Shown here: positions 25,208 through 37,850 of the stretch, one piece after another
Layout of the letters: each line of letters starts with the position of its first letter
Position numbering within the stretch: position 1 is the first letter of the stretch
Source: Convolutriloba macropyga
Taxonomy: Eukaryota
Assembly (NCBI RefSeq): GCF_964194025.1
Contig: NC_134468.1
Span: forward strand, 83,824,001-83,888,000
Length of the DNA stretch: 64,000 nucleotides
Direction: 5' to 3'
Position numbers and translations under genes: made by a program
Notes under the pieces: model-generated
The model's database searches: none
The model's input: only the letters and a program-made list of their open reading frames with translations
What the model was told of the DNA's origin: nothing

Positions 25208-28205
25208 AAGAAGAACAATGAGCCAAACCCCCAACTCGATCCGTCCACTAGAAGTGGAGATATTAACAAAATTATAACTGACTTTAGGGAAACAAAATTT
25301 TGGTTAATTTGAGGCACTTCCCTTGCGAATTTCTTAATGAAACCGGTACCTGCGTTCTCTCAAGCAACCCTGTTGACTCAAGCTTTAAAAAAGACAGGAA
25401 GTGGTCGAAAATTTTGACATGCAGAAAACCCCACTCCTTTCCAGATTCGGACCATGTTTAGGATTTGAACCCCAAAAATCAATAATCTTCACTTCCCTCA
25501 GCAAGTTTATATCAGTTAGCTATAGCTGGCAAAATTATCAGGCGTCACTGTCCACCGATTTGTTTCCTTCTGACTTTTCTTGCTATTGTCCGTGGTCTGA
25601 AGATAATAAGGAAACATTAACAAAGTTTAACTCAAACTCAGGCAGAAGAGTCAAAAGATACCAAACAACAGAGCATAACTTACTTTTCAGTTTTCAAGGC
25701 AAGACAAAGACAATTATACATAACGTTTAACTGTAATTTTGGAAGAGTTTTTAAAATTTTGTTGAGTAATTGAAATAACTTAATGCTTTTGTTAGAAATG
25801 AGTTCGATTAAAGACTTGAGAGATAAAAACATAAGAAAATGGACACTGACAGTTTTCATGTTGACTCAGTTTTGTATTTTTTGCGCCGTTTTTCGTGTGT
25901 CTCTCTCTCTCTCTCTCGCACCATAAAGTTAAGCTCTGTTTTTTGCTGCAAACAACTTTCCCTTTTTTAGCCCGACCTCCCATTCAATCTGAAAAATCCT
26001 TTGAGTAAGTTCAAAGCCTATTTTGTCAAGCGTCCGATCAAAAGGAATCAGACTCAGTGTCAGAAAATTAACCATTCCCTTTTCATTAGTTATTTTTCGG
26101 TCGGTGTTTTATATCTTTACAAACTAAGAGGTTTTCACTTTTTTATGTAGCTTGTCCGCTACCTTACTGATTTCCACATTTCTGTGGAGCCATCGGCATT
26201 TTTGTCATAATTTGAATGCAGTTATACCTGGGTAGATACTGTTGTCGCGAAACACGCTATCGCTTAATGTAGCAGTCTGGTTAACTCTCAATTTGCCGTT
26301 TTATGTTTGAGCCGATGTTCGACTGGACATCAGTTCTGCCATTAGATTCTCTCGAAATGGGAATTATGCTTTAGTCGAACACCCGCAGCTGCTATCTGAC
26401 AAATATCAACTTTGTATGTTTTTCTCTGGCAACGGTGGGTTTTTCTTAATATATTTGGCTTCACAGTTTTTGGTTAATGGGCTGTGTTCCAGCACACTTT
26501 TGCTTGATTTACCCATATCGGATAATTTTTTGAAAATAACTCGAGATTTTTCCACCCAAGAATTAATCAATTTGTGTTCCCTCATCAAGGCAATATCAGC
26601 AGAAGCTGGCAGAAAATTGTGCTTATACACTGATTTGTATGATAAAATCTATCTTGCCAGCGTTCATGGTCTGTTAAAACAAGGGAAAATTAGCACAATA
26701 ATAAAAAATTAAGGAACAGAAAAATAAAAATACTGTACCAAACAACAGAACAAAACACTTTTTCAATCGTTGAAACGAAGAAACGGAGACAAATGAACAT
26801 TTTTTTCATACCGATTAATAGTGGGGTTGTTAGAAGAGCAAATTTTAATATGAGAAGAGTTAGTTGTTAGAAGAGTTGTGAAAATTTTAATATGCCAATT
26901 TCTCTCATAGCTAAGTTTTGGAAACTTGACTTTTTGACTTCTTGTTTACAAAATTAGAAGTTAGAAGAGAGCATCGGAAGTACGCTCGGTGTTAACCCTA
27001 CAATGGTATTGTAAATGCAAGTTGGTGGAGTTCTCAGCAAGTCTTGTATTTCAATTTATAATTGATCCATTTTTTAAAAGTTGTCAACAATATTTGAGCA
27101 ATTCCGCGCAGTCTGGAATTGTTTACTGTGCCACGAGTGCCTTCTTCTGTTATTTATTTTGTTTTTTTTTCCGCGGAGCAAATGAAACGCAGTCAGTCTA
27201 TGTGAAATTGTGGACTGATTAAAATAAGTGATCGTATATCCCTGCCTGCATTTACGATAAGTTGACAGGTCAATTTTGTGCAGTTTTCGGTACATAATCG
27301 AGTACTGCGTGGAACGAGACTTAATCGATTATTGAAAACTATAAGTAATGATAAAACAGGTAAAATACTCCCCCCTCCCATGTCTTGCTTTAACTATACT
27401 ACTGACAGGAAAGAAGCGGTTAAAAGCAAAATAGAAAAACTTGATTATTTTTCCAGACCAGGACGTGCGGTGAACAGCATTGAGATTTTAGCCGACTCTT
27501 TTGAAATGTCACCGAGGAGTAACCAAGTGCATCAATTTTTTTTATTGACACATTTCTAACTGCCATCTTGAACATAATAGATCAGTTCTAAGTCCACTGC
27601 AAACTAATATTTGCGCGACCTGTTCTTGTATGTGTGTGATAGAGAGATGTTTGAAGTCCTTGTGGATATATCTTAATCCCTCCTTACCCCTACTTGACTT
27701 GCTGTTGTAAGCGCTGAAACCTTTCGTTTGAATTTAATTGACTTGAAACCTTTGCTTTATTTGCTATTGTTCCCGTACAATTGAATATCATATTATTCAT
27801 CGTTCTGCTGTTCGTAATTTCAATAGTTATTAAAATAGATGTAACCTTGTCTTTCAGAGTTGCAATGGTTGTGACAGATTGACAAATGGTCGAATATAAC
27901 CTTGGACATGGTTGACTACTAAGTTATGGTTTGAAATAGTCCGAAATTCTCTTAGGAATTAACAAAATGAAGTACAATTGAAAGGTGACCTTTGGCACGT
28001 CCTGGACGCTCTCTTCTGTCGCTGATTAACTGTCGGCGCTATTTACCCAATCAGTTATGTAATCACCTCTGAACAATAAAAGGTCCCCAATTAAGTTTAC
28101 TCTCTGTTATCGAAGAGGTAGATTTGAGTGTACGTGACCGTGTTTCACACGTGGTAGATTGACTTACACACGAGAGCGGTGTAGACTGTGAGAGAGAAAT
28201 AAATA

Positions 28206-28951
28206 ATGGTGCTCTCAGCTAAAACGAAACAAAGTGGAGTCACAAGTACTACCAATATGGACAAACCAAATAACAGTAAGCGGCCACTTTCACACGCGAC
28301 TGATTCTACAAGAACGAGTGAAAGCTGTGACGTTCTGGTACTAAGTAACAAAATGATGACAAATTTGACGTCGGAGTTCCTAACAGAACAAACTACGCAA
28401 CCTGACGTGATATCAAAAGTTTTGCTGGAGCGGAACAAGTTAAAGGATCTTCCGTTCGAACTTGTAGACTTTATTAACTTGGAAGTTATTAACCTGTCTT
28501 ATAACTGTTTCCATCAATTCCCGTCAGTTATCTGCGAGATGTTGAGTCTGCGTGAAATTATAATGGTGGGGTGTGAAATTGAAGCGTTGCCTTCAAATTT
28601 TGACCAGCTTTCGGGTTTGGAGACCATTATTTTGGATCTGAATCATTTGCGTAAGATTGGGGATACTTTATGCACGCTGAACAAATTGACGACGCTCAGC
28701 TTAGGCATGAACTATTTCTCAGTGTTCTACTCGACGTTGCCAGATCAGATTACAAAGCTAAACTTGGATAACAATCATTTGGCGGTGTTCCCCGATTGCA
28801 TTTTAGCCCTGGCGAATTTGCGCCAGTTGAATTTGAGTTTCAACCGGATCAAAGAGCTGCCGGTGGAAATTGACGGACTGACGGAGCTGGAGGAATTGTT
28901 AATAGTGAAGAACAGACTACACGCATTACCTTCAACTATTTGCAATTTGGT
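28206..28951 (+). CDS. ROCO protein, coding exon 1 (LRR repeats), copy 1
   Basis: Tandem LxxLxLxxNxLxxLP repeats; ATG preceded by an in-frame TAA; donor GT|GTAAGT (phase 2) fits the acceptor at 32412. Confidence 0.9.
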
Positions 28952-29796
28952 GTAAGTTGAAGTGACCTTGTCCTTTTACACTTTGTTTTGTCTACAATTG
29001 CGTCTTGATCAATATTTGAATGTCTTCAGGGCAAAATTTAGCAGTTGGTGTGTACGTTGATAGAGATCTCAGTATTTTATATTTCCAAAATGGCCAATCT
29101 CGAATCTCGGAAACAGCTGTGCGTATTCTTGCCATGATAGCAAAACAGTTGGACTGTTTTATAAAAACATGCTATAAGCAGTAAAAGTCTAAATCAATAA
29201 CAATTACGGTAGAAGTTTCCGTCTTTCCTGTTTCTGTGTAGCATTATTGCCCCGTGGAAGTTTCTTATGCTGTGATTGAAAGTTGTTGATATATAATGAT
29301 CATTTTTTTCTCTACTGGTTGTAACCCTAAGTTTGATTGTCTTTTCGTTTGACCACCGCATTTTCGTGACTCTCGTCTTGAGAAACGGGATAGTGATAGA
29401 ACCCGAGGGCGTTTAGTTGCTACGCAGTTCTGGGATGGCCTTGCTAGTATCTAAGTTTGCAATTCACCGAAACTGCTGAGTAGACATTTATTCATGTTGT
29501 GCAGGGTTTTTCACCCCCCTACACTCCCCATCTGTGATATTTAGGCATAAATTCCCCGTGTAAAGGGAAATTTTATGTGGTTTCGATACCCCTTTTTTAA
29601 GCTCATCCACAATTTTAATCAGGTCTGCTCTATAGATGTAGGAAACAGTTTTCGACTTAAAATTAATTCAAAAGTTCCTTGAAATAGTTCCTTTTTTCAA
29701 TTATGATCATTCAAGTGGTCTTTAATAAGCTGTAATTACATCCATTTAAAACTTTGACTTACACACGAGCGGTGTAGGTTGTGAGAGAAATAAATA

Positions 29797-30542
29797 ATGG
29801 TGCTCTCAGCTAAAACGAAACAAAGTGGAGTCACAAGTACTACCAATATGGACAAACCAAATAACAGTAAGCGGCCACTTTCACACGCGACTGATTCTAC
29901 AAGAACGAGTGAAAGCTGTGACGTTCTGGTACTAAGTAACAAAATGATGACAAATTTGACGTCGGAGTTCCTAACAGAACAAACTACACAACCTGACGTG
30001 ATATCAAAAGTTTTGCTGGAGCGGAACAAGTTAAAAGATCTTCCGTTCGAACTTGTAGACTTTATTAACTTGGAAGTTATTAACCTGTCTTATAACTGTT
30101 TCCATCAATTCCCGTCAGTTATATGCGAGATGTTGAGTCTGCGTGAAATTATAATGGTGGGGTGTGAAATTGAAGCGTTGCCGTCAAATTTTGACCAGCT
30201 TTCGAGTTTGGAGACCATTATTTTGGATCTAAATCATTTGCGTAAGATCGGGGATACTTTATGCACGCTGAACAAATTGACGACGCTCAGCTTAGGCATG
30301 AATTATTTCTCAGTGTTCTACTCGACACTGCCTGATCAGATTACAAAGCTAAACTTGGATAACAACCACTTGGCTGTGTTCCCCGATTGCATTTTAGCCC
30401 TGGCGAATTTGCGCCAGTTGAATTTGAGTTTCAACCGGATCAAAGAGCTGCCGGTGGAAATTGACGGACTGACGGAGCTGGAGGAATTGTTAATAGTGAA
30501 GAACAGACTACACGCATTACCTTCAACTATTTGCAATTTGGT
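29797..30542 (+). CDS. Duplicate of ROCO LRR exon 1 (copy 2, intact)
   Basis: Protein identical except one G>S; same donor; part of a ~1.59-kb tandem unit. Confidence 0.75.
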
Positions 30543-31389
30543 GTAAGTTGAAGTGACCTTGTCCTTTTACACTTTGTTTTGTCTACAATTGCGTCTTGAT
30601 CAATATTTGAATGTCTTCAGGGCAAAATTTAGCAGTTGGTGTGTACGTTGATAGAGATCTCAGTATTTTATATTTCCAAAATGGCCAATCTCGAATCTCG
30701 GAAACAGCTGTGCGTATTCTTGCCATGATAGCAAAACAGTTGGACTGTTTTATAAAAACATGCTATAAGCAGTAAAAGTCTAAATCAATAACAATTACGG
30801 TAGAAGTTTCCGTCTTTCCTGTTTCTGTGTAGCATTATTGCCCCGTGGAAGTTTCTTATGCTGTGATTGAAAGTTGTTGATATATAATGATCATTTTTTT
30901 CTCTACTGGTTGTAACCCTAAGTTTGATTGTCTTTTCGTTTGACCACCGCATTTTCGTGACTCTCGTCTTGAGAAACGGGATAGTGATAGAACCCGAGGG
31001 CGTTTAGTTGCTACGCAGTTCTGGGATGGCCTTGCTAGTATCTAAGTTTGCAATTCACCGAAACTGCTGAGTAGACATTTATTCATGTTGTGCAGGGTTT
31101 TTCACCCCCCTACACTCCCCATCTGTGATATTTAGGCATAAATTCCCCGTGTAAAGGGAAATTTTATGTGGTTTCGATACCCCTTTTTTAAGCTCATCCA
31201 CAATTTTAATCAGGTCTGCTCTATAGATGTAGGAAACAGTTTTCGACTTAAAATTAATTCAAAAGTTCCTTGAAATAGTTCCTTTTTTCAATTATGATCA
31301 TTCAAGTGGTCTTTAATAAGCTGTAATTACATCCATTTAAAACTTTGACTTACACACGAGCGGTGTAGATTGTGAGAGAGAAATAAATA

Positions 31390-31670
31390 ATGGTGCTCTC
31401 AGCTAAAACGAAACAAAATGGAGTCACAAGTACTACCAATATGGACAAACCAAATAACAGTAAGCGGCCACTTTCACACGCGACTGATTCTACAAGAACG
31501 AGTGAAAGCTGTGACGTTCTGGTACTAAGTAACAAAATGATGACAAATTTGACGTCGGAGTTCCTAACAGTTCTGGGATGGCCTTGCTAGTATCTAAGTT
31601 TGCAATTCACCGAAACTGCTGAGTAGACATTTATTCATGTTGTGCAGGGTTTTTCACCCCCCTACACTCC
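31390..31670 (+). pseudogene. Truncated third copy of ROCO exon 1
   Basis: First ~60 codons fused at CAG microhomology (CTAACAG|TTCTGGG) to downstream intron sequence. Confidence 0.85.
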
Positions 31671-32412
31671 CCCTACATTTAAAACCTTCAGTGAATATCT
31701 AAAGCAGGGTACAACCCCCATGCCTCACGCGCCGCTCCCCTGTCGTTCGAGAGCTATTCGTCCGACGTTGATCATCGGTCTAACATATGACGGAAGATGG
31801 AGAAATCTGATATACTGTACAGTTATTCAGACGTTTTAGCGATAATTTTAACCAAAGGTCAAATATAAGTTATGAACTGGCTATTCTGGCATGTATTATG
31901 TCAGCTTTTGGCGGAAAAGTGTATCATTAACTAGTTAGTTGGTTTTTTTAGGAAATAAAATACGCCATTGCTCTCCCATGCTAGTGGTTTCACTTATAGT
32001 TTCTGATAGTACGCAATATCAATTTATCGCATATTTTATTGAAACAATCACTTCTGTTTCAAAGTGTGCTTTTTCGTCTTTTGAAGTGTGAGTGAAGTTG
32101 CATTTGCTTTTAACTGCAAAGTGGGGGACACTATGCATTTTTTAATGTTTGGTCACAAACATTGTTCAAGATCGTATGCGCCTTATCTCAAATTGAGATG
32201 AATACAAGATCACCAGCCGAAGGGAGCAGTTATTCAATTTTTGACACAATGCCCTTAATTTTTCCATGATCTTAGTTTCGTTCATGCAGACAGCGTCCCT
32301 TTACAATTCAAAATTTTACTATGTTTATATATTATTTACTAAGTAAGTATGCTTTACTATGTTTAATTTTGTTAACTAATGCTTGTAGGAAAGGACATTT
32401 GTGATGTTTTAG

Positions 32413-32575
32413 GAAGTTGAGAGCGATAGACCTTAGCAATAACAACCTGGAGGTGTTGCCTGGTAACATTAGCAACATGGTCTCTCTTGAGGAGATCAAT
32501 GTCGTCAACAATCCCATCATACAACCTCCGAAACACATATGTGAGCACGGCATCGATGCCATCAAAGCTTTTCAG
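32413..32575 (+). CDS. ROCO exon 2 (last LRRs and pre-ROC NPIIQPP...GIDAIKAF motif)
   Basis: TTTTAG acceptor; the NPxxxPP motif precedes ROC domains; CAG|GCAAGT donor. Confidence 0.9.
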
Positions 32576-33325
32576 GCAAGTTCCCTCATTGTTTATTAAT
32601 ACCCGCGAAGCGATAGCGAGGCTATTATTGATCTCATCGTTTTTTTACTTCTGCATTCACCTAATGAAGCCCTAAATTTAAGTGCTCTAATTTTGAGGAT
32701 TAGAGGTTTTGAACTTTTCATCTTAAACATCATTTTTTACAGAGCTTTCTTTTATTGCTTTTTCCTACGTTTCATATAACAATTACATCATAAATATAAC
32801 CCGAAGAGTTTTTGAAAAGAACAGATGGTCAATTTATATATGTTTATTCTTTGCTTTTTTCAATTCGAATGAAGGTCAAGGAGGTCTACAGTGGGTCTTT
32901 TATGACAATTTGCAGGATGTTTCATCCATAGCCAATCAGTTTGTGAAACAACGGAACATTAATGAGCTTTTGGAGCTACACAAAAACAGCATCATTTCAA
33001 CTGATTGACAGTTTTCTAGTTAGATTCGTTCGGCAAAACTTGTTCTGAAGTTCGCCGTTAAAATCGATGAGAGTTTTGATTCCGCTAAGATTGTTTTAAT
33101 GGTCATTAAAAAGATTTGCTGCGAAAAGGTATGTAAATTTGTCAATTTTTTCAGGTATGTAAATATGGCCCATTTAAAAAAGCTACAATATGTGTTTCTG
33201 AAACTGTATATCTTTTTATTTATCTCTTTTTATATCTATATATCTTTTTGTATATATCTCTTTATATCTTTTTTATTTAACATAGGATTTTGAATGCTAT
33301 TTGATTATTTGTGCGCAATTTTCAG

Positions 33326-34330
33326 GACTGCCTTAAAAAACAGCTGTACGAGCCTTGTAACCGTGCTATCAAGATATTCATCCTCGGTGCTAGTGGTTCA
33401 GGAAAAACCGACCTGTTCAACTTCTTGTCGGGGCGACAGGGTACCAATGCCGCCCCACCCTCGTCTCCAAGTGCTAATCATTCTACAACAATAAAGAAAA
33501 AATTCGCTCATTATAGCAACAATGTGCTAGACAATCTATCACTGACTGTTTTCAAGTTCAGCGGCAAAGAGGAGTACAGTTTGCTTAGTCAGCTTTTCTT
33601 CACTAGAAATGCGCTCTACATTATTTGTGTTCAGATGGATAGATACAAGTCATCGACGTTTCGGAACTCGGTCCTTGCCTACGTTCAATTAGTGCAAACT
33701 GTCATTCCGGATGCAATCATTTTACTTCTACCTTGTTATGTAGCACGTGGTGCCCGTTCACCAATTACAAAATTGCAATTCGATAAAAATTTTTCAGATT
33801 TACAAAATTTAGCTAAAAATTATATCAGAATTTCTACTAGCAAACTTGTGGAGGAGATTGAGAGGTTGGTGTTATTGCGCAAAGAGCATGGTTTTGAGTT
33901 GTGGACAAGCTACAGAATTAATTTCTTGCAAAATTTATGCAAAAGTCTTCCTAAAATCTTAACAAATTATTCATCAACAGGATCGAATAAAAAGCAAGTT
34001 AGCTGGAAAATTTCCAAAAACGAAAAATGCGGCGAGATATTGCTTGTGTTTCTGAAAGAATTGACTCACAGTGAAGAGTTTTTTGCGTGCAATTTGCAGG
34101 ACGAAATCCAGAGTTCGTGGAAAACATTAGAAAAATTGATCACGAGTTACAGGAAGAAGAATTCGGGAAGATTGTATTTGAATCGGAATGACATAATGGA
34201 GCCAGCTGTGCAGATAGGAGTGAACGGGGCCCAAATGGAAGAAGTTATACAGTACCTGAATATCTACGGAGTCATTTGTGTATTTGACCGAGTGGCTCAT
34301 TTGAGGCAGTGTCTCTTTCATGATCCAAAG
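33326..34330 (+). CDS. ROCO exon 3 (ROC GTPase and COR N-terminal part)
   Basis: P-loop KIFILGASGSGKT; FSGKEEY...QLFFTRNALYIIC; COR motif YLNIYGVICVF...FHDPK; AAG|GTGACC donor. Confidence 0.92.
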
Positions 34331-35272
34331 GTGACCAGAATCCTCCTGACTAATTACTCATGAATTTCTATAATTCAAAATTTGTAGCAAGCTTATGGGT
34401 TATGTTGGTATTTGTATGCGAGTTTAATTTGAGCGTTTTTTTGACCGATCGAACTATTTGTCCTAAAATGGAATAAACCAGCGAAACCCGAGACCTTTAA
34501 TTCTCAGTGTAGCTCTCTTAGATGTTCACTAGTCTATACGCAAACCTTTCACAGAAAATGCTCAAGAGGCTCGCTCAGTTCATGATTTAAATCGTCCATT
34601 TTTGTAGAATTGGAGTATTGGGATAGTGTCACTTTGATTTTTGTTCAATAATTTTGGAGTGAACCTGCAACGGGGATTCCGCGCGTAAAAATAATTGTAG
34701 ATTATCTGTTAAACAAATTTGAAAACAAAAAGAACATCATTATATTTCTTTTTCTGTGACAACTAAAAGTTGTCTTAGCAAAACTTTTTTTGGGTGTTTT
34801 CTGTTGTCTACTTGTAACAATTTTAACTGTTTTTACTATAATAATTCAATTCGTCGATGAGTTATAAATGTCAATCAATTATGTACTCAGTTTGTATATC
34901 AACAAGAACCGAAATTAAAGCACAGCCTTTTATACAAATCTGAATGTTATAAAAATCTGATGAACCTAAATGGTTTGAAACGTTTTTTTTTTAATTTAGA
35001 AGCCAATGACACGTCTGTCGGTTCTTTCTTTTGTAACTTGTTTCCTGTCTGTATTCTGCTGATTTTTGTCAAAAAATTTTCCAAAAATTGATGTCCTTAA
35101 TTTCTCTTAAAACATAGTTTGTAGCAATTATTTTAGACCTGCTGGTCTTTATTCGATTTTTCGTACAATCGGTTTTTTGGCTGACAACTTTTTGGAACAA
35201 CTTTTTCCTCCTTGATCTGATTCACACCAGTCATTCAACCTGAACCGTTTTTACCTTTTACTTCCATTTTAG

Positions 35273-35508
35273 ACTTTGATCGATTTCTTCAACTCGGTGC
35301 TAGACATCCACCTGTTGGAGAGGAAAGACGACCCTTGTCTTCAGCAGTTCTCCCCCTTCGAGATCCACTCCACTAGAGGGGAGTTGAAGCAACACGGAGT
35401 CATTACTGAGGAAATGCTGGTGCAACTGATGAGGGACTCTGTTCCGGAAGCGGATTCAGTGGATTTCAACTATTTCGCAGCTTTGTTGAGGAATTTGCAC
35501 GTCGCAAG
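35273..35508 (+). CDS. ROCO exon 4 (COR)
   Basis: TTTTAG acceptor, phase 0 (DPK|TLIDFF); AG|GTACC donor, phase 2. Confidence 0.85.
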
Positions 35509-35671
35509 GTACCTGAAACCAACTAATGACTAACTACTACCAATCTAAACTATTGCCAGTATTTGAAATTTGCTATATGGAGTATACTCTGGTTAAAGCT
35601 GTTTTAATTTGAAATGAGTAAGTTACTCTAATACACATTGTTAGAAATCACTTTTACATGGTGATTACTTT

Positions 35672-35990
35672 TCATTGCCTTCGAACGACGTTTGAATCAA
35701 ATATTGCCAACGTGTGTGTCTTTTTAATTCAGAATTTTTGTTTTGACTGTTTTTCTATTTCACTTCTCGGTTGGCTTGGCTTCCTGATTTTTGGGTGATC
35801 AAAATTGCTCGCATTCAGAAATTAAATCTTACTAAATGTAAGCGATTGTACCAATGCCTGGACGTCACCAATGCGAACCCCTCCATGGTTGGATTTTTTG
35901 CACCCATCAAAATTTCTTTAGGCTACACCCTCTCTTGAATTGAATTGGCCCGCTTGTCGTTCGAGAGCAATTTTTTGGTTTATGTTTGCT
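35672..35990 (+). mobile_element. Family A element, diverged
   Basis: 5' TTGCCTTCGAACGA; 3' TGTCGTTCGAGAGCAATT. Confidence 0.7.
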
Positions 35991-36017
35991 GCTTCCTAAT
36001 TTGTGCATTTTTTAAAG

Positions 36018-36507
36018 GAAAGTGGATGCAAGTAACATTAAAGAAGTAACCAAGTCTCGCAATGTTCGATCGTCCGCTCTGAATACAAAACAGCTATCAT
36101 CAATTAATCGCAGTAACCACAAATACGTCTCCAAGCAAAGGTCATCACTGTTCCGAAGAGACAAAAACAACAAATTCTCACGCGCCTCATTCATTGGCCG
36201 ATCTAGCAGCCAATCAGATGAAGCGGTTGTTCCTCCATCCAAGAGAAGCAAACACAATCTTCACAAAAGAGTCTTCTCATACACAGCATTACCGGATGAT
36301 GTTTATTACCACGAAGACAATTCGTCCAAAATGAAGTACAAAAGTTCATATTTCTTTCCCTGGTACATTGCCCAGGAGTACAGCCCACAAGAACCCATAC
36401 AAGCGGGGGGTGGTGATAAGTCACGAGTAATGACGCTCTGGCCGGGATACTTGAGGAGTTCGCTATACAAACTGCAAGTGGTCTGCATATTCAAAAATTT
36501 CACTGAT
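36018..36507 (+). CDS. ROCO exon 5 (low-complexity insert, then COR YFFPWY motif)
   Basis: Phase-2 acceptor TTTAAAG; GAT|GTGAGT donor. Confidence 0.85.
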
Positions 36508-36576
36508 GTGAGTTACATTTCATTCTAGTTGCGATTAACCAAAAATGATTATTTGAAGGCATTTGCCAGTTTTTGT

Positions 36577-36790
36577 TAATTGCTCTCAAACGAAAATTGT
36601 AGCAATTATATTTGTCCTGTTGGTATTTTTGTGATATTTCTCGTACTATCTACTGTTCGTCTCACCATTTGCTCATCCTCAAAAACGGGATAAATAGGTA
36701 AAGCCCGCAGGACCTTAAGTATATGTTAGAATGAAATCTTAATCGCCCGTGGGACTTAGTGCCCTGGCACGACCGATCGCTTACAACCGA
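36577..36790 (+). mobile_element. Family A element 5' portion
   Basis: TTAATTGCTCTCAAACGAAAATTGTAGCAATT start; body similar to the 6140-6317 copy. Confidence 0.7.
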
Positions 36791-36795
36791 ATTTA

Positions 36796-37734
36796 TTATA
36801 GCTGCGAAGCAGTAAGCTGAGCGGAGCTATATTGCGGTGCTCTTGGTTTTTTACAATTCAAAGAAGTTGAATTGTATTGGGGCGCTGTCGTTTTTTAAAG
36901 ATCTGTTCACACATTTTCATGATTTTTGAAGTCAAATTGGAGTAGTGATTTTGGTCACGCCAAAACAGGAAGTGGAGCGAAAACGCGAGTGGTTTTGCAG
37001 CGTGAAATTTTTTCGCTCTTAATTTAAAGTAGTGAGAAAACGGTGTTTGAACAAAAATTCGCTTTCTGGCTAGTGGTTTTTTGTTCACATGCGGCATTTT
37101 GACATTGATTTTCAGTTTTTTTCTATTTTATATCTGTCTTTTTTAGAAATGGTTTTTTCCATTTCACTCAAAGTCAGTTCTAGGTCTAGTTTGTTGTTTA
37201 GTCATTGGAAATTCTTTGAATTGTACTTCAGGACTTGTCCTGCTATGTTGTTTTTTTCGTCGTCTGACGCTCTTTTTCGTTTTACATTTGTTCACACAGC
37301 AAAGCTGAAAACGCCCAATTTTCTGACTGACTTCTTCCTCTCACTAACGGCGTTCGCGCGCCTGTTGTCATTTCTCATTCTCATTCTCTCTCTCTCCCTC
37401 TCTCTCTAGCAATGGTTTTAAAAACATTTGTGTGATTAGATTTTGATCATACGTGACTTACCCCACTCAATAAAATGACTTTTGCACTTTAAGACCTAAG
37501 TTTAATTTGAATTAGTTTAAGGTCAAAGGAAGGTGCAGTAAAGGTCCCTAATAAAAGACTTCTGTGGAATGAATTTTAACAAGCTTTATTAATTAATTTG
37601 CTGAAAGTTTTTTACCTCGCTTTTTGAGCGGCGTCGAGTTTTTTTCAATTTAGATCTTCATCTGTTTCTATCTCTATTATACGGCACGCAAGTCTATTCT
37701 TTCGCAGCAATTCCGGCAATCTGACGGCTATGTT
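36796..37734 (+). mobile_element. Family B HINE-like element, second copy
   Basis: Same 5' end (TTATAGCTGCGAAGC) and 3' end (TTCGCAGCAATTCCGGCAATCTGACGG) as 826-3899; contains part of one 389-bp unit. Confidence 0.75.
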
Positions 37735-37850
37735 AGTTTCATATTTTTGTCCACACAAAAGTTGATAGAATCCAATTGAATTAGTTACTTTCAGTCTTCA
37801 TGTTCTTGAATTCGTGTATGGTTTTGGAGAGGTTCGGTCTCTTTCTGTTT

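Larger units (their letters stand above)
18100..25465 (-). mobile_element. Internally deleted copy of the SET/tyrosine-recombinase (Crypton-like) element
   Basis: 18100-22890 is colinear with 48215-50430, and 23895-25465 with 54665-56112. Same right end TTCGGACCATGTTTAGGATTT. The recombinase core is missing. Confidence 0.8.

Noticed and set aside
27278-27559. 93-aa ORF upstream of the ROCO gene
   Set aside because: No motif and no supported splice link; the ROCO ATG is preceded by an in-frame stop.
28145-28438. Antisense ORFs over ROCO exons (also 29736-30029, 36012-36257 and 40568-40780)
   Set aside because: Shadows of the real plus-strand coding sequence.
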